A DNA stretch of 64,000 nt from a virus (Duplodnaviria; Caudoviricetes), in the IMG/VR virus record IMGVR_UViG_3300032221_000294, positions 35,521-99,520 of that record; one strand, 5' to 3'. Position 1 is the first letter of the stretch, and every line of letters begins with the position of its first letter. The notes under the pieces are model-generated. The model was given only the letters and a program-made list of their open reading frames with translations. It had not been told where the DNA came from and searched no databases. Positions 26,254-35,677 of this stretch are shown piece after piece. A program made the position numbers and the translations under genes.

Positions 26254-27470
26254 TAACAAGGGGCAACGGGGCCAGGGTTACCTACGCATGGAACGCAACC
26301 TAGCTTCCATAGCGAGTTGATGGAGGCGAGTTGGAAGGTATCTTCCAAAATCCACCCTTTGCCTTGGGGTGATTTCGCCACGAAATAAAACCTTCCCTTC
26401 GGAGTCTGAATGAAAGTCTCCGGAACGATACCAACCAGGGAGCCCCCTTCGAGGTACAGTTGTTTTGCTTCGGGGTTCAGAGGGTCGATGTTTAGGAAGG
26501 TGTACGCCCCTAGAACAACGGCAAATTCACCGGCATTGATTCCAGTAAACCACTCTGCATATTTTGACGCACGGTCAGAAATCGGGTCGGCTTTGCCAGC
26601 GACGTCATTCCACAGCTCGATCGCATATCGTGCTAGGAACTTTCCAGTTGGAGAGTAGAAAACTTCTTCAAGCGGCTCCGCAGTTTCAGCGTCCCAAACA
26701 GTTACAACTAATCTACCATCCTCAGTATAGCTGTTATTACTCAAAAGATAAATCGGTTGGTTGAGGGGATCAGGAAGGAATACCGTCTCGGTGTCACACA
26801 CAAATACCCAGTTTCCTGACTGAGTTGCAGGATTGCTCCAGGTAACACCGTACGGCGCAGAGTAATCTTCGAGTGGCAATTTATCTCCGGTATACCACGG
26901 AACGTAGATCTCTCCGCTAGCAGAGTCAACGACGCCAGCCAAAGGTAGGCTAGTTTCGACGTTGGGCCCAGGGAAGATCTGGCGGCAATCCCCCCTTTGC
27001 ACGCAAGGATCAAGGGCAATGTAAGGAAGCGTTTCTTCCGCCACAAGAACGTAAGTCTGGGTGTAGGTGTACTGAGATTCGGGGCTCAATCCGGTGAACG
27101 ATTCGACCGAACAAGTGAAAGGTTCAATAACCTGAATCGAGGCGCCAGAAGGGACACTGCCGTTAATTGTATTGAAAGCGCCTGTAATAAGCTGTGTGGC
27201 GAAATCGTGACCAGAGGATGTAAGGTAGTTCTGACAAGAGAAATTTAACTCGAAACTCATACTTCTCTCGAAAACCATCGGGATTCGGTTCTTAACTGTG
27301 TTTGAAGAGCCTACGTAACGAATTACGATGTTGTTAGTTTGCTGAACTACGCCCTCGTTTTCGATCGCATCGGCGAGGCGAAGAACATTGACGCTGATTG
27401 GAATCAGGGGGGAGGCTATAAGGGCATCAACAATGAATTGCTCGATACGATTGATGGTGTTAAGTTCCAT
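26253..27470 (-). CDS. Putative tail terminator/head-tail connector with C-terminal extension
   Basis: INRIEQFIVDAL N-terminus resembling Mu gp37-type proteins; follows a gp36-like gene. Confidence 0.45.
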   Translation of the reverse strand: MELNTINRIEQFIVDALIASPLIPISVNVLRLADAIENEGVVQQTNNIVIRYVGSSNTVKNRIPMVFERSMSFELNFSCQNYLTSSGHDFATQLITGAFNTINGSVPSGASIQVIEPFTCSVESFTGLSPESQYTYTQTYVLVAEETLPYIALDPCVQRGDCRQIFPGPNVETSLPLAGVVDSASGEIYVPWYTGDKLPLEDYSAPYGVTWSNPATQSGNWVFVCDTETVFLPDPLNQPIYLLSNNSYTEDGRLVVTVWDAETAEPLEEVFYSPTGKFLARYAIELWNDVAGKADPISDRASKYAEWFTGINAGEFAVVLGAYTFLNIDPLNPEAKQLYLEGGSLVGIVPETFIQTPKGRFYFVAKSPQGKGWILEDTFQLASINSLWKLGCVPCVGNPGPVAPC

Positions 27471-27473
27471 AGT

Positions 27474-28553
27474 TTATGGGAAGTTAGTGTTTGAGCCGTT
27501 GATGTACCACCCACCAGCATCGTTTGGCGAAGTAGTTTGAAGGGTTGAGGCCAGCTCCAGAAAATTATTCGATGTGATCCAGTTCGGAAAATCGTTATTC
27601 TGGCCGACTGCACCCCAGCCAATTCGGTAGTCAGGGGCCTGATTCCCAGCTGTGTCGGTTGTCCACCCTGAGAGACCTTTTCCGGATACAGAGTTGTAAC
27701 GTTGTGGAACGCGCCACGACCGCATAATACCTTGCGGTGTATCAATCGCCGAGTCTCCATTACCTGCGCGAATCGCAGTCATTTTCATCTCGGCCTGCAT
27801 CTGCTTCAGAGCGGCGTCGTAATCTTTGTAGACGTCCTCTCTGCGGCGAACCGTATCAAGATAGTAACGGGCGATAGTCAGCGCCGTGCGGCGCCGATTG
27901 CTCGTAATTAAAACCATTCCGGCTTTTCCGGATTGTTCAATGTACGAGTCGATCAAAGAGTTGGCATCTTGAATCGCCATCTGCAACTTTGCCACATTCA
28001 CCGTGGTGGCTGCTGCATCGTCGATGTTTGTAAGTTGTATGGCTTCTTTTAGTCCGAACGCGACGGTAAAGTCGTCGGGTGACGCACTTCGGGGATCGGA
28101 TTTGTGGTTAGTTAAAACTCCTGAGCGATTCTGGTATGGGAAACCGTAACCACCGATCGTTTGACCCAGGTTAGACTGAATGCGGGAGCCATCAGTTGAT
28201 TCGTCCGGGGCGAGTGTGTTTCTCGCTGCAACACGGTAAAAGGCGCGAGTCGCGTTGCGCTTCTTAACAACGTCGTTTGCAGTAGGTGGAATCGGACCAC
28301 GCAGACAAAGGTTGAGGTCGAGTGGCGGCTCGTAGGAAACGAACGCTTGATCCCAAGGCGTCAGAGTGCTGTCTATCCCGATGGATACCATCGTGTCCGA
28401 GGAATAGATTAGGGTTTCCACCCCATACTGGCCATAGTTGACGGTGAATGACGTTAACGGCACCGGAACATTTGTGTCCAGTGGTGCGTCAAAATACAGA
28501 ACAACTGTTGTTGGCGTCGTAACTAGAATTTCTTTGATCTTAGGCGCAGCCAT
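27474..28553 (-). CDS. Head-tail adaptor (Mu gp36/DUF1320-like) with N-terminal SwmB/Ig-like domain
   Basis: FG.KEAIQLT...KLQMAIQDANSLIDSYI...IARYYL...YKDYDAALK; N-terminal VVLYFDAPLD..P..SFTV. Confidence 0.7.
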   Translation of the reverse strand: MAAPKIKEILVTTPTTVVLYFDAPLDTNVPVPLTSFTVNYGQYGVETLIYSSDTMVSIGIDSTLTPWDQAFVSYEPPLDLNLCLRGPIPPTANDVVKKRNATRAFYRVAARNTLAPDESTDGSRIQSNLGQTIGGYGFPYQNRSGVLTNHKSDPRSASPDDFTVAFGLKEAIQLTNIDDAAATTVNVAKLQMAIQDANSLIDSYIEQSGKAGMVLITSNRRRTALTIARYYLDTVRRREDVYKDYDAALKQMQAEMKMTAIRAGNGDSAIDTPQGIMRSWRVPQRYNSVSGKGLSGWTTDTAGNQAPDYRIGWGAVGQNNDFPNWITSNNFLELASTLQTTSPNDAGGWYINGSNTNFP

Positions 28554-28561
28554 CAGCTTCC

Positions 28562-28984
28562 TCAGCTATAAAGGTTGGTACGAGGGTCGTTGGAGAACGG
28601 GTGGAAATATTCGCTCACCCAGAATGAATATGCTTCTTGTGGAACTTCGATGACGTAACCGTCTAACTCACGGTATTTGCAATTTTGCAAGTAGTTCGCG
28701 GCCAACCGAAGCGGCCATTCATCTCTCCAATTTACTTCCCAGGAGTCGATTGTGACGAGGAAACCTTCGATCGTGTAATCAATACGACCAACGATTGAAC
28801 CGCCGCGTTGCTCGTCATCGGCATATGGGGGGTTACTATAGTCGAAAGTTTCCGAGACTCGATCGAAAATTTCCCCGTCCCACTTCACGAGCAGATACCG
28901 AAGCTCACTCGGAGGATCCTCATGATAAAGAAAATCTTGGAAGAGCCACGTGGGCGATTGAATTCCGGGACGACGAATTGCCAT
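28562..28984 (-). CDS. Hypothetical virion-module protein
   Basis: 140-aa ORF tiling the operon. Confidence 0.6.
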   Translation of the reverse strand: MAIRRPGIQSPTWLFQDFLYHEDPPSELRYLLVKWDGEIFDRVSETFDYSNPPYADDEQRGGSIVGRIDYTIEGFLVTIDSWEVNWRDEWPLRLAANYLQNCKYRELDGYVIEVPQEAYSFWVSEYFHPFSNDPRTNLYS

Positions 28985-28987
28985 GAG

Positions 28988-29797
28988 TTAAGAGGGGGGT
29001 TCGTGCCAAGTGGCTTCCCCGCCGTAAGGGTTCGGGCGAGGTGAAGTTCCGTACGCAGAGAATTTGCTCATTTCTTCTAATGAAGTCGGGAAAACAAAAT
29101 CCCAGACCGCTTGTTCGTCGACGGGCGGTTCTACGTCTCCGCCACTGTCGAGTGGCTGCAATCCGTCGTTTTCGCCAGCGTGTCCATGCTGTAAATCAAC
29201 GTGACGCACCCAGATATACTGGCCTTGCCTCTTAAGGCAAACACACAACCAGTCAGAATCCATTGGGCCATCTTCTTCGATGACTGTGCACCCGTGGTTT
29301 TCCAGTGATGCTGGAGGGAGGGTCCCGGCGGGGTACACCGGAAGTCGGACCATTGTGCTATTGTTCGGCATTTCAAGGTTTTTCTCTGCCTTGGGTGCCA
29401 ACAACTGGGGGTCAAACAAAACATCTTGTAAGATCGCGTACTGGTACTCCCCGCTAGACGGTGCTATGTTAACCCTCTTACCAAGCAACCCTTCAGGTTG
29501 CCTCCCCACGAAAGCGGGCGATGTATCAATCCAGTGCGACGGAGCAGCTTGCTCCCCAGGTCGTTCAGCAGAAAATTCCCCGGTTGCCCCAGTGAACTGA
29601 GGTATGTCGATGTTGTGATCGTCAAAGATGACCTTAACTCGTCCCCGGTCCATCGGATCGTTTATATCAACAATCGTCCCCCGCAAAGTACCTCTCGGCA
29701 GCCCCGCGAATTTCATATTTGTCTCAGTTGCGTTCAGAATCGAAACAAACTGACTCACAAATTCAGAAGCTCTGAGTTTGGGCGGATGCATGCTCAA
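28988..29797 (-). CDS. Baseplate spike/hub (gpV/gp5 OB-fold) protein
   Basis: RGTIVDINDPMDRGRVKV...SHW motif. Confidence 0.7.
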   Translation of the reverse strand: MSMHPPKLRASEFVSQFVSILNATETNMKFAGLPRGTLRGTIVDINDPMDRGRVKVIFDDHNIDIPQFTGATGEFSAERPGEQAAPSHWIDTSPAFVGRQPEGLLGKRVNIAPSSGEYQYAILQDVLFDPQLLAPKAEKNLEMPNNSTMVRLPVYPAGTLPPASLENHGCTVIEEDGPMDSDWLCVCLKRQGQYIWVRHVDLQHGHAGENDGLQPLDSGGDVEPPVDEQAVWDFVFPTSLEEMSKFSAYGTSPRPNPYGGEATWHEPPS

Positions 29798-30057
29798 ATA
29801 CCGTTGTGAGATTTAGAAAATCTTGGTGTGTTTCTGGGGTGACGCTTGGGAGGGGGGGACAGGGGAGGGGGAGTCCGAACTTTGGCTGGTTTTGCCGGCT
29901 CCACGGTTTTCGGTTCTTCAATAACCGGTTGCTCGACTGTCAGAACTTCCGGAGTAGTCTCGGTGGCTTCTTCCTGGGCAGGTTGCAGTTCTTCTTCTAT
30001 TGTTTCGAATGAGCTCACTTCTGGTTGCGGCATTGGTTTACGTCGTCTGGTGGTCAT
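29794..30057 (-). CDS. Low-complexity Glu/Pro-rich protein
   Basis: GGGTAAAA 23 nt upstream; ATGA overlap with the next gene. Confidence 0.55.
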   Translation of the reverse strand: MTTRRRKPMPQPEVSSFETIEEELQPAQEEATETTPEVLTVEQPVIEEPKTVEPAKPAKVRTPPPLSPPPKRHPRNTPRFSKSHNGI

Positions 30058-30131
30058 ACGTAGGTTAGGTACTAGAAAGTTTTACCCCCTTTGCCTTTCG
30101 GCAAAGTTTGAATTGTTTTGTGAAGCAAAAC

Positions 30132-32609
30132 TTAGTTCGTGATAACGGTCCAACCTTTGCCTTGAAGCGATAGCTTCGCAGCGGCACCTGCGGCGCCAGG
30201 GGCAGCCGAGGTTCCGAATTGGATGCCTACAATTCCATTACTTTGACCAGCTGTGTCGAGGGAAACGAGAATGTTATCAACGCTAGTTTGGTCGAGAGCA
30301 CAATCTTGCCAAGCCATGTTGAAGTTGGTTGCTGTGCAAGTGTCAAACATTCCCGCAGGGAATGTGGTTAGGCTGGTGCAGCTGAGCCACGCAGAAATGA
30401 AATTAGTTCCGTTGCTAACGTCAAGTAGGGGGAAGGAGGTTAGGCTGGTGCAGCTTTGCCAAGTAGCGTTAAAATTAGTCCCGTTGCTAACGTCGAGTAA
30501 GGGAAATGAAGTTAGGCTGTTGCAGTTATACCAAGAGAAGTTAAAATCAGTTCCGGAGCTAACGTCAAGTTCGGGGAAGGAGGTTAGGCTGTTGCAGTTG
30601 AACCAAGCTTCTTGAAAATTCGTTCCGCTACTAACGTCAAGAAGGGGGAAGGAAGTTAGGCTGGTGCAGCCCTCCCAAGCAGAGTAGAAACCAGTCCCGT
30701 TGCTAACGTCGAGTAGAGGGAAGGAGGTTAGGCCGGAGCAGAGGGCCCAAGCAGTGGCGAAATTAGTTCCGTTGCTAACGTCAAGTAGGGGGAAGGAGGT
30801 TAGGCTGGTGCAGCTTTGCCAAGTAGCGTTAAAATTAGTCCCGTTGCTAACGTCGAGTAAGGGAAATGAAGTTAGGCTGGTGCAGTTATACCAAGAGAAG
30901 TTAAAATCAGTTCCGGAGCTAACGTCAAGTTCGGGGAAGGAGGTTAGGCTGTTGCAGTTGAACCAAGCTTCTTGAAAATTCGTTCCGCTGCTAAAGTTGA
31001 TCGGGAGGAAGGAGGTTAGGCTGGTGCAGTTGTACCAAGTACGTGAGAAATTGGTTCCGCTGCTAAAGTCAAGTAAGGGAAACGAAGTTAGGCTGGTGCA
31101 GCCGTTCCAAGCATTCTCGAAAGTTGTTCCGTTGCTGACGTTGAGTAAAGAGAAGGAGGTTAGGCTGTTGCAGTCGGCCCAAGCACTCTCGAAATTTGTT
31201 CCGTTGCTAACGTCGAGTGGGGGGAAGGAGGTTAGGCTGGTGCAGTTGTACCAAGTACGTGAGAAATTGGTTCCGCTGCTAACGTCGAGTAAGGGAAATG
31301 AGGTTAGGCTGGTGCAGTTGTACCAAGCAAACTCGAAATTAGTTCCGGAGCTAACATCAAGTAGAGGGAAGGAGGTTAGGCTGGTGCAGTTGTACCAAGC
31401 AGCCTCGAAAGTCGTTCCGGAGCTAACATCAAGTAGAGGGAAGGAGGTTAGGCTGATGCAGAAGTTCCAAGTGTAGAAGAAGTTTGTTCCGTTGCTAACG
31501 TCGAGTAAGGGGAAAGAGGTTAGGCTGGTGCAGTTGTACCAAGCAGCCTCGAAAGTCGTTCCGGAGCTAACATCAAGTAGAGGGAAGGAGGTTAGGCTGG
31601 TGCAGGTGGCCCAAGCACCGTTGAAATCAGTGACACAATACGGATCAACACTCGTATTACAACCATACGGGGGGAAATCACAGGGTGGGCAGTCGTTGTA
31701 ATTAATCGTCCAAGATTTATCAATTAGACTATCGTAAGCGGCAGTGGCAAGTGCAGTCCACTCGCCGGAGCAGGCGTTGGTTCCCCCGTCAATACCTAGA
31801 ATACCGTTTGTAACCCCGCTGGTGTCTAAAGAAACAAGAATGTTTTCGATACTTTGAGACGTCAGAGCACAAATCTGCCAAGCACGGTCGAAATTGGTTG
31901 CTGTGCTAGTGTCAAACATTCCCGCAGGGAATGTGGTGAGGCTAGTGCAGTTGGACCAAGCACCGACGAACTCAGTTCCGTTGCTAACGTCAAGTAGGGG
32001 GAAAGAGGTTAGGCTGTTGCAGCCGGCCCACGCCTGAAAGAAATCAGTTCCGTTGCTAACGTTCAGCAGGGGGAAGGAAATTAGGCTGGTGCAGTTAAAC
32101 CAAGCATCACTGAAATCAGTCCCGCTGCTAACGTCAAGCAGGGGGAAGGAGGTTAGGCTGGTGCAGTGGGCCCAAGCCCTGTTGAAAGTAGTTCCGCTGC
32201 TGACGGTAAGTAGGGGGAAAGAGGTGAGGCTGGAGCAGCCTTCCCAGGTGCGGAAGAAAGTGGTACCCGAATCAACAAAGATGAACGGGAAACTTGGCAA
32301 ACTACTACAGTCTTTCCAGGTTCGGTCAAAAACAGTGGCCGAACTTAGGTCGTAAGCTCCAAAACTCGTGAGACTCGAACAACCCTCCCACGTCTGTACG
32401 AACTCGGTTGCGTCTCGCAACTGGTTGTACAGGTAAAGCGTGGAGATAGTTGCCATTGAAGAGCAATTAGCCCAAGTATAGTTGAAATTAAGCCCCGAGT
32501 TGAAATCCTTGGGTGGGAAGCTCTCCATAGAGGTGCAGCCCTCCCAACCGTAGGATAAATCCACCAATCCGGCAGTGTCTACATTAGGGTCACAGTTGAA
32601 GTTTGGCAT
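30132..32609 (-). CDS. BspA/DUF285-like 24-aa repeat solenoid protein
   Basis: About 29 units of xxWxxCTSLTSFPLLDVSxGTxF arranged in two capped modules. Confidence 0.85.
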   Translation of the reverse strand: MPNFNCDPNVDTAGLVDLSYGWEGCTSMESFPPKDFNSGLNFNYTWANCSSMATISTLYLYNQLRDATEFVQTWEGCSSLTSFGAYDLSSATVFDRTWKDCSSLPSFPFIFVDSGTTFFRTWEGCSSLTSFPLLTVSSGTTFNRAWAHCTSLTSFPLLDVSSGTDFSDAWFNCTSLISFPLLNVSNGTDFFQAWAGCNSLTSFPLLDVSNGTEFVGAWSNCTSLTTFPAGMFDTSTATNFDRAWQICALTSQSIENILVSLDTSGVTNGILGIDGGTNACSGEWTALATAAYDSLIDKSWTINYNDCPPCDFPPYGCNTSVDPYCVTDFNGAWATCTSLTSFPLLDVSSGTTFEAAWYNCTSLTSFPLLDVSNGTNFFYTWNFCISLTSFPLLDVSSGTTFEAAWYNCTSLTSFPLLDVSSGTNFEFAWYNCTSLTSFPLLDVSSGTNFSRTWYNCTSLTSFPPLDVSNGTNFESAWADCNSLTSFSLLNVSNGTTFENAWNGCTSLTSFPLLDFSSGTNFSRTWYNCTSLTSFLPINFSSGTNFQEAWFNCNSLTSFPELDVSSGTDFNFSWYNCTSLTSFPLLDVSNGTNFNATWQSCTSLTSFPLLDVSNGTNFATAWALCSGLTSFPLLDVSNGTGFYSAWEGCTSLTSFPLLDVSSGTNFQEAWFNCNSLTSFPELDVSSGTDFNFSWYNCNSLTSFPLLDVSNGTNFNATWQSCTSLTSFPLLDVSNGTNFISAWLSCTSLTTFPAGMFDTCTATNFNMAWQDCALDQTSVDNILVSLDTAGQSNGIVGIQFGTSAAPGAAGAAAKLSLQGKGWTVITN
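30380..32300 (-). repeat. 72-bp tandem coding repeats, including a ~230-bp near-exact duplication (30401-30634 vs 30761-30994)
   Basis: Recurring ggaggttaggctggtgcag...gttccgttgctaacgtc; the two blocks differ at about 2 positions. Confidence 0.9.
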
Positions 32610-32611
32610 GA

Positions 32612-35600
32612 CTAATCCGGATTAGATACGGGAAAGGACGTTAGACTGCTGCAGTTTAACCAGGTGGCTACAAAGGTGGGCGAGTCTATGGGAGGCGGCG
32701 TCGGCAAGATTGTCACGGTGATTGGCTCCCCGGGTCCAGAAGGCTCAGCCGGGCACTTCGGAACGATATAGAGCGTCTTAGGCTGAGTTTCAGGAATCCT
32801 CCACGCAGCTTCTTGTTGCGGGTCAAAGAAACCGTCTTCGGCAACCGAAGCATCCGCCACGAAATAAGCATAGCAAATCTTGTAGTTGTTTGCGTCCACG
32901 CTGTATGTCCCTGAGGGGTTATCGCAAGTTGGCGGGCATTTGTAAATACTTGCGTCCCAAATCGGAGCCTCAATGGGTTCTACCACAGCGTCTAGTACGT
33001 CATTTATGTAGTACCCGCTTAAGAAACCGCAAGCGTTGATGTTCAGGTAAACGCCTTGCCAATTTCCGAAACCTGCGTCGGAAAAGTCAACCAATCGGTT
33101 ATGAAGAGGGTCGTAATCAATAAACTGTGCCTCTGAGAACTCGTCGTAGTCTACATCAACAGTCGGCCGAACGGCGCCGTTAGTGTAAGAAGCGTCCACA
33201 GACGAAAAATCGTCGTACACAACCGTTGAATACAAGAAAGGTTCAGAATACACGTAAGTGTAGTCAGTCCTATCGTTGTTTAAAACCACCTCCTCGTAAA
33301 TCTTCGGTAGACTGGCACCCGGCGGGCAGTCCATCTTCTCGGGTTCGATGTTGCTACCGTAGTAAGCGAAATCTTCACAAATGAGGGCTGCCTTTTGCCA
33401 AGCTGCCCCGTTGCGCCCATAATCCAAGGGCATCCTGACGAAGAAACGTTGCCAGTTGTCAAGAGCAGGCCCATTGTTAAGGTCGGCAACAAGCGGGTTT
33501 GGGTAGATATCCCTTAATAAAAGTTCCGTCGTGTTTGCAGTTTGAAGGTGTTGGCTTGCCCACAACCGGAGGGGAGTTTCTGCGTCATAAACATTGGGGG
33601 ACATCCGGTAGGTCACCCCGCTGAACACGAGAGATGAAATATCAAGTTGATACGAAGATGTTAGTGAGTCGGAGATTACAATTTTGGGGAAATTCGTTTT
33701 GCCGGTGGGAGTCAGAGGCCGGTACTGCACGAAGTACAGACCTATTTTTGGTTCGAAGTCGTAGGTGAACTCATAGTCACCCGTAAGAAAACCGGTGCCG
33801 GCTGTTAAGAGGTTTCCGTCACAGTAGAAAAGAACCGTACTCAGGTCCAAACTATAAGAAGGCTCGGAAATGCGGGTATTCTGGTTGATCGGAATCCATG
33901 TGAAGTCGTATAACAACGCGGCAGCCCGATTTTCCGGGTCCGGGTTCGCGTAATCCCACCAGAGCTCGCCCCAGGCTGGGTCTTCGGGCGGTGCGTCGAA
34001 GGTTGTTAATACCCCTATCGAGCCATAGAACAAAGAACTATTGGCAATAAACTTGAGTATCGAATCCGGAAACAGAGTCCACTCCGTAGGACCGTTTTCC
34101 TTCACGAGAACGGTCTTGTACATCCCCGCGACAGTAATTTCAAGGTTGTTAATAGTGTAGTTCGCCCCTGCCGGACTCAATCCGGTTGAGTTCAAAATGT
34201 ACGTTGGAACATTGAAAGGAATGTTGGCGCTCGCGACATCGAAAGTGTCTACGTTCAAAAACTCAAACCTGACAGGCACCCAGTACTGAGTGTCAGATTG
34301 ACGATACAAGTACACGCTTCCTGAGCCTGTAAAAGGCTCTTCGATGTTCAGAACATTGTCAGCCGAGGAAAGCCCGGTGATGTCAAGGATGACGATACTG
34401 ATTGTGCTTGGCGGAACCGAGCCCTGGTCAGCTACAAAAGCGGCAACATCGGGAAAAGCAATCTCCGGAACAAGTTCTTGTTCGGGCGCTTCTCGATACT
34501 CAACTTCAACCCAAATCGGGCATGTTTCCTCTTGTTCAACTTGAATAGCTAAGACCCCACTGGTGGTGTTCCACCACAGTTTTCCAGGGGGAAGTTGCCC
34601 AGGGATGCCTGAGTCGATTGTCGCCCTTTGAGCGTACACCAAATCAACTACGTCGTTGAAAGCAAGCTCTCGCTCAATTACAGGGAGGTAGAGAGAGTTG
34701 TTTTCGTCAAACCCATGAATCGACAGGCTGTCAAAGGCCAGGTTAAAGGGAAGAGGACCCCCTTTGTTCCCCCACGCACCAAGAAAGTTTTCAAGGACGC
34801 ATTCAATGTTCCAGTCGGAAGGGTCACGCCAGTTTTGAATCTGAACCTGACGAGTTGAGTTCTCGTAAGGCCACACAAGGGTCGCAGTGACTCCAGGGGA
34901 GTTCTCTTCAAGACCCCTGGGTATGCTTAGAACCCATCGACCCGTATCTTCATTGTACGTTGGTGAAACGTCTACATATAGAGCGTCCGAGTAGGACAGG
35001 TACAGAGGTTTGTCAAAGGCGTAAGCTGACCCGGCAAAAAGTATCGGAAAAAGGTACGGGAATTGACCGGTTGTGTCGTAACTCGGGAAAAGATTAAGTG
35101 TTCCGCCATCGTCTGTGCAGTTGAATGCGTTGTCGCCTGCTACACCAATTTCAGGTCGGTAGAAAGGAGCCGGTCGTGCAGAGGGAATGTCAATCCTAAG
35201 TTGCGTGTTATTGTTTATTTCCGTGAAGAACGTATCGTCAACTTCTCCGAAGTTGAGCACCATCCCAGCGGCAGTTTCTGTGAGAGATAGGATAGGGTAG
35301 GCGTATATATCAAGGTAGGCAATTTGACCTGCTTGAATTTTGTCGTCCCGCTCAATCTCTACAATCGCAACGCGGGGGGAACTAAAATCTTCGATGTTTT
35401 CCCAAGTTTTTATGGTTAGAACTCGAGGAAGAATGAAGTTGTTGTAAACACCGTAAGACCCGCCAAGAAGCTGTCTCTTTTGTGAGACCGTTGCAGGAAG
35501 GTTAGTCCAGTAGTTACTACCGCTCCAGCCCAGCATCTGAGCAAGAAAGTCCAACTGACCGTTAACTCGAGACTCAGCTAAGGACACCTGCTCAGCTTGA

Positions 35601-35677
35601 TCGGGCGACAGGTATTTGTTTGTGAAATTACGAAGCTCGAACTCGCTTGCGCTAAAACTAGGATTCGCTGCAGTCAT
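32612..35677 (-). CDS. Large baseplate/fibre-associated structural protein
   Basis: 1021 aa, acidic; GKLWWN/GELWWD motifs; lies in the baseplate operon. Confidence 0.65.
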   Translation of the reverse strand: MTAANPSFSASEFELRNFTNKYLSPDQAEQVSLAESRVNGQLDFLAQMLGWSGSNYWTNLPATVSQKRQLLGGSYGVYNNFILPRVLTIKTWENIEDFSSPRVAIVEIERDDKIQAGQIAYLDIYAYPILSLTETAAGMVLNFGEVDDTFFTEINNNTQLRIDIPSARPAPFYRPEIGVAGDNAFNCTDDGGTLNLFPSYDTTGQFPYLFPILFAGSAYAFDKPLYLSYSDALYVDVSPTYNEDTGRWVLSIPRGLEENSPGVTATLVWPYENSTRQVQIQNWRDPSDWNIECVLENFLGAWGNKGGPLPFNLAFDSLSIHGFDENNSLYLPVIERELAFNDVVDLVYAQRATIDSGIPGQLPPGKLWWNTTSGVLAIQVEQEETCPIWVEVEYREAPEQELVPEIAFPDVAAFVADQGSVPPSTISIVILDITGLSSADNVLNIEEPFTGSGSVYLYRQSDTQYWVPVRFEFLNVDTFDVASANIPFNVPTYILNSTGLSPAGANYTINNLEITVAGMYKTVLVKENGPTEWTLFPDSILKFIANSSLFYGSIGVLTTFDAPPEDPAWGELWWDYANPDPENRAAALLYDFTWIPINQNTRISEPSYSLDLSTVLFYCDGNLLTAGTGFLTGDYEFTYDFEPKIGLYFVQYRPLTPTGKTNFPKIVISDSLTSSYQLDISSLVFSGVTYRMSPNVYDAETPLRLWASQHLQTANTTELLLRDIYPNPLVADLNNGPALDNWQRFFVRMPLDYGRNGAAWQKAALICEDFAYYGSNIEPEKMDCPPGASLPKIYEEVVLNNDRTDYTYVYSEPFLYSTVVYDDFSSVDASYTNGAVRPTVDVDYDEFSEAQFIDYDPLHNRLVDFSDAGFGNWQGVYLNINACGFLSGYYINDVLDAVVEPIEAPIWDASIYKCPPTCDNPSGTYSVDANNYKICYAYFVADASVAEDGFFDPQQEAAWRIPETQPKTLYIVPKCPAEPSGPGEPITVTILPTPPPIDSPTFVATWLNCSSLTSFPVSNPD

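Noticed and set aside
30380-32300. Regularly spaced repeats resembling a CRISPR array or DGR
   Set aside because: 72-bp in-frame coding units within one ORF; no unique spacers, cas genes or reverse transcriptase
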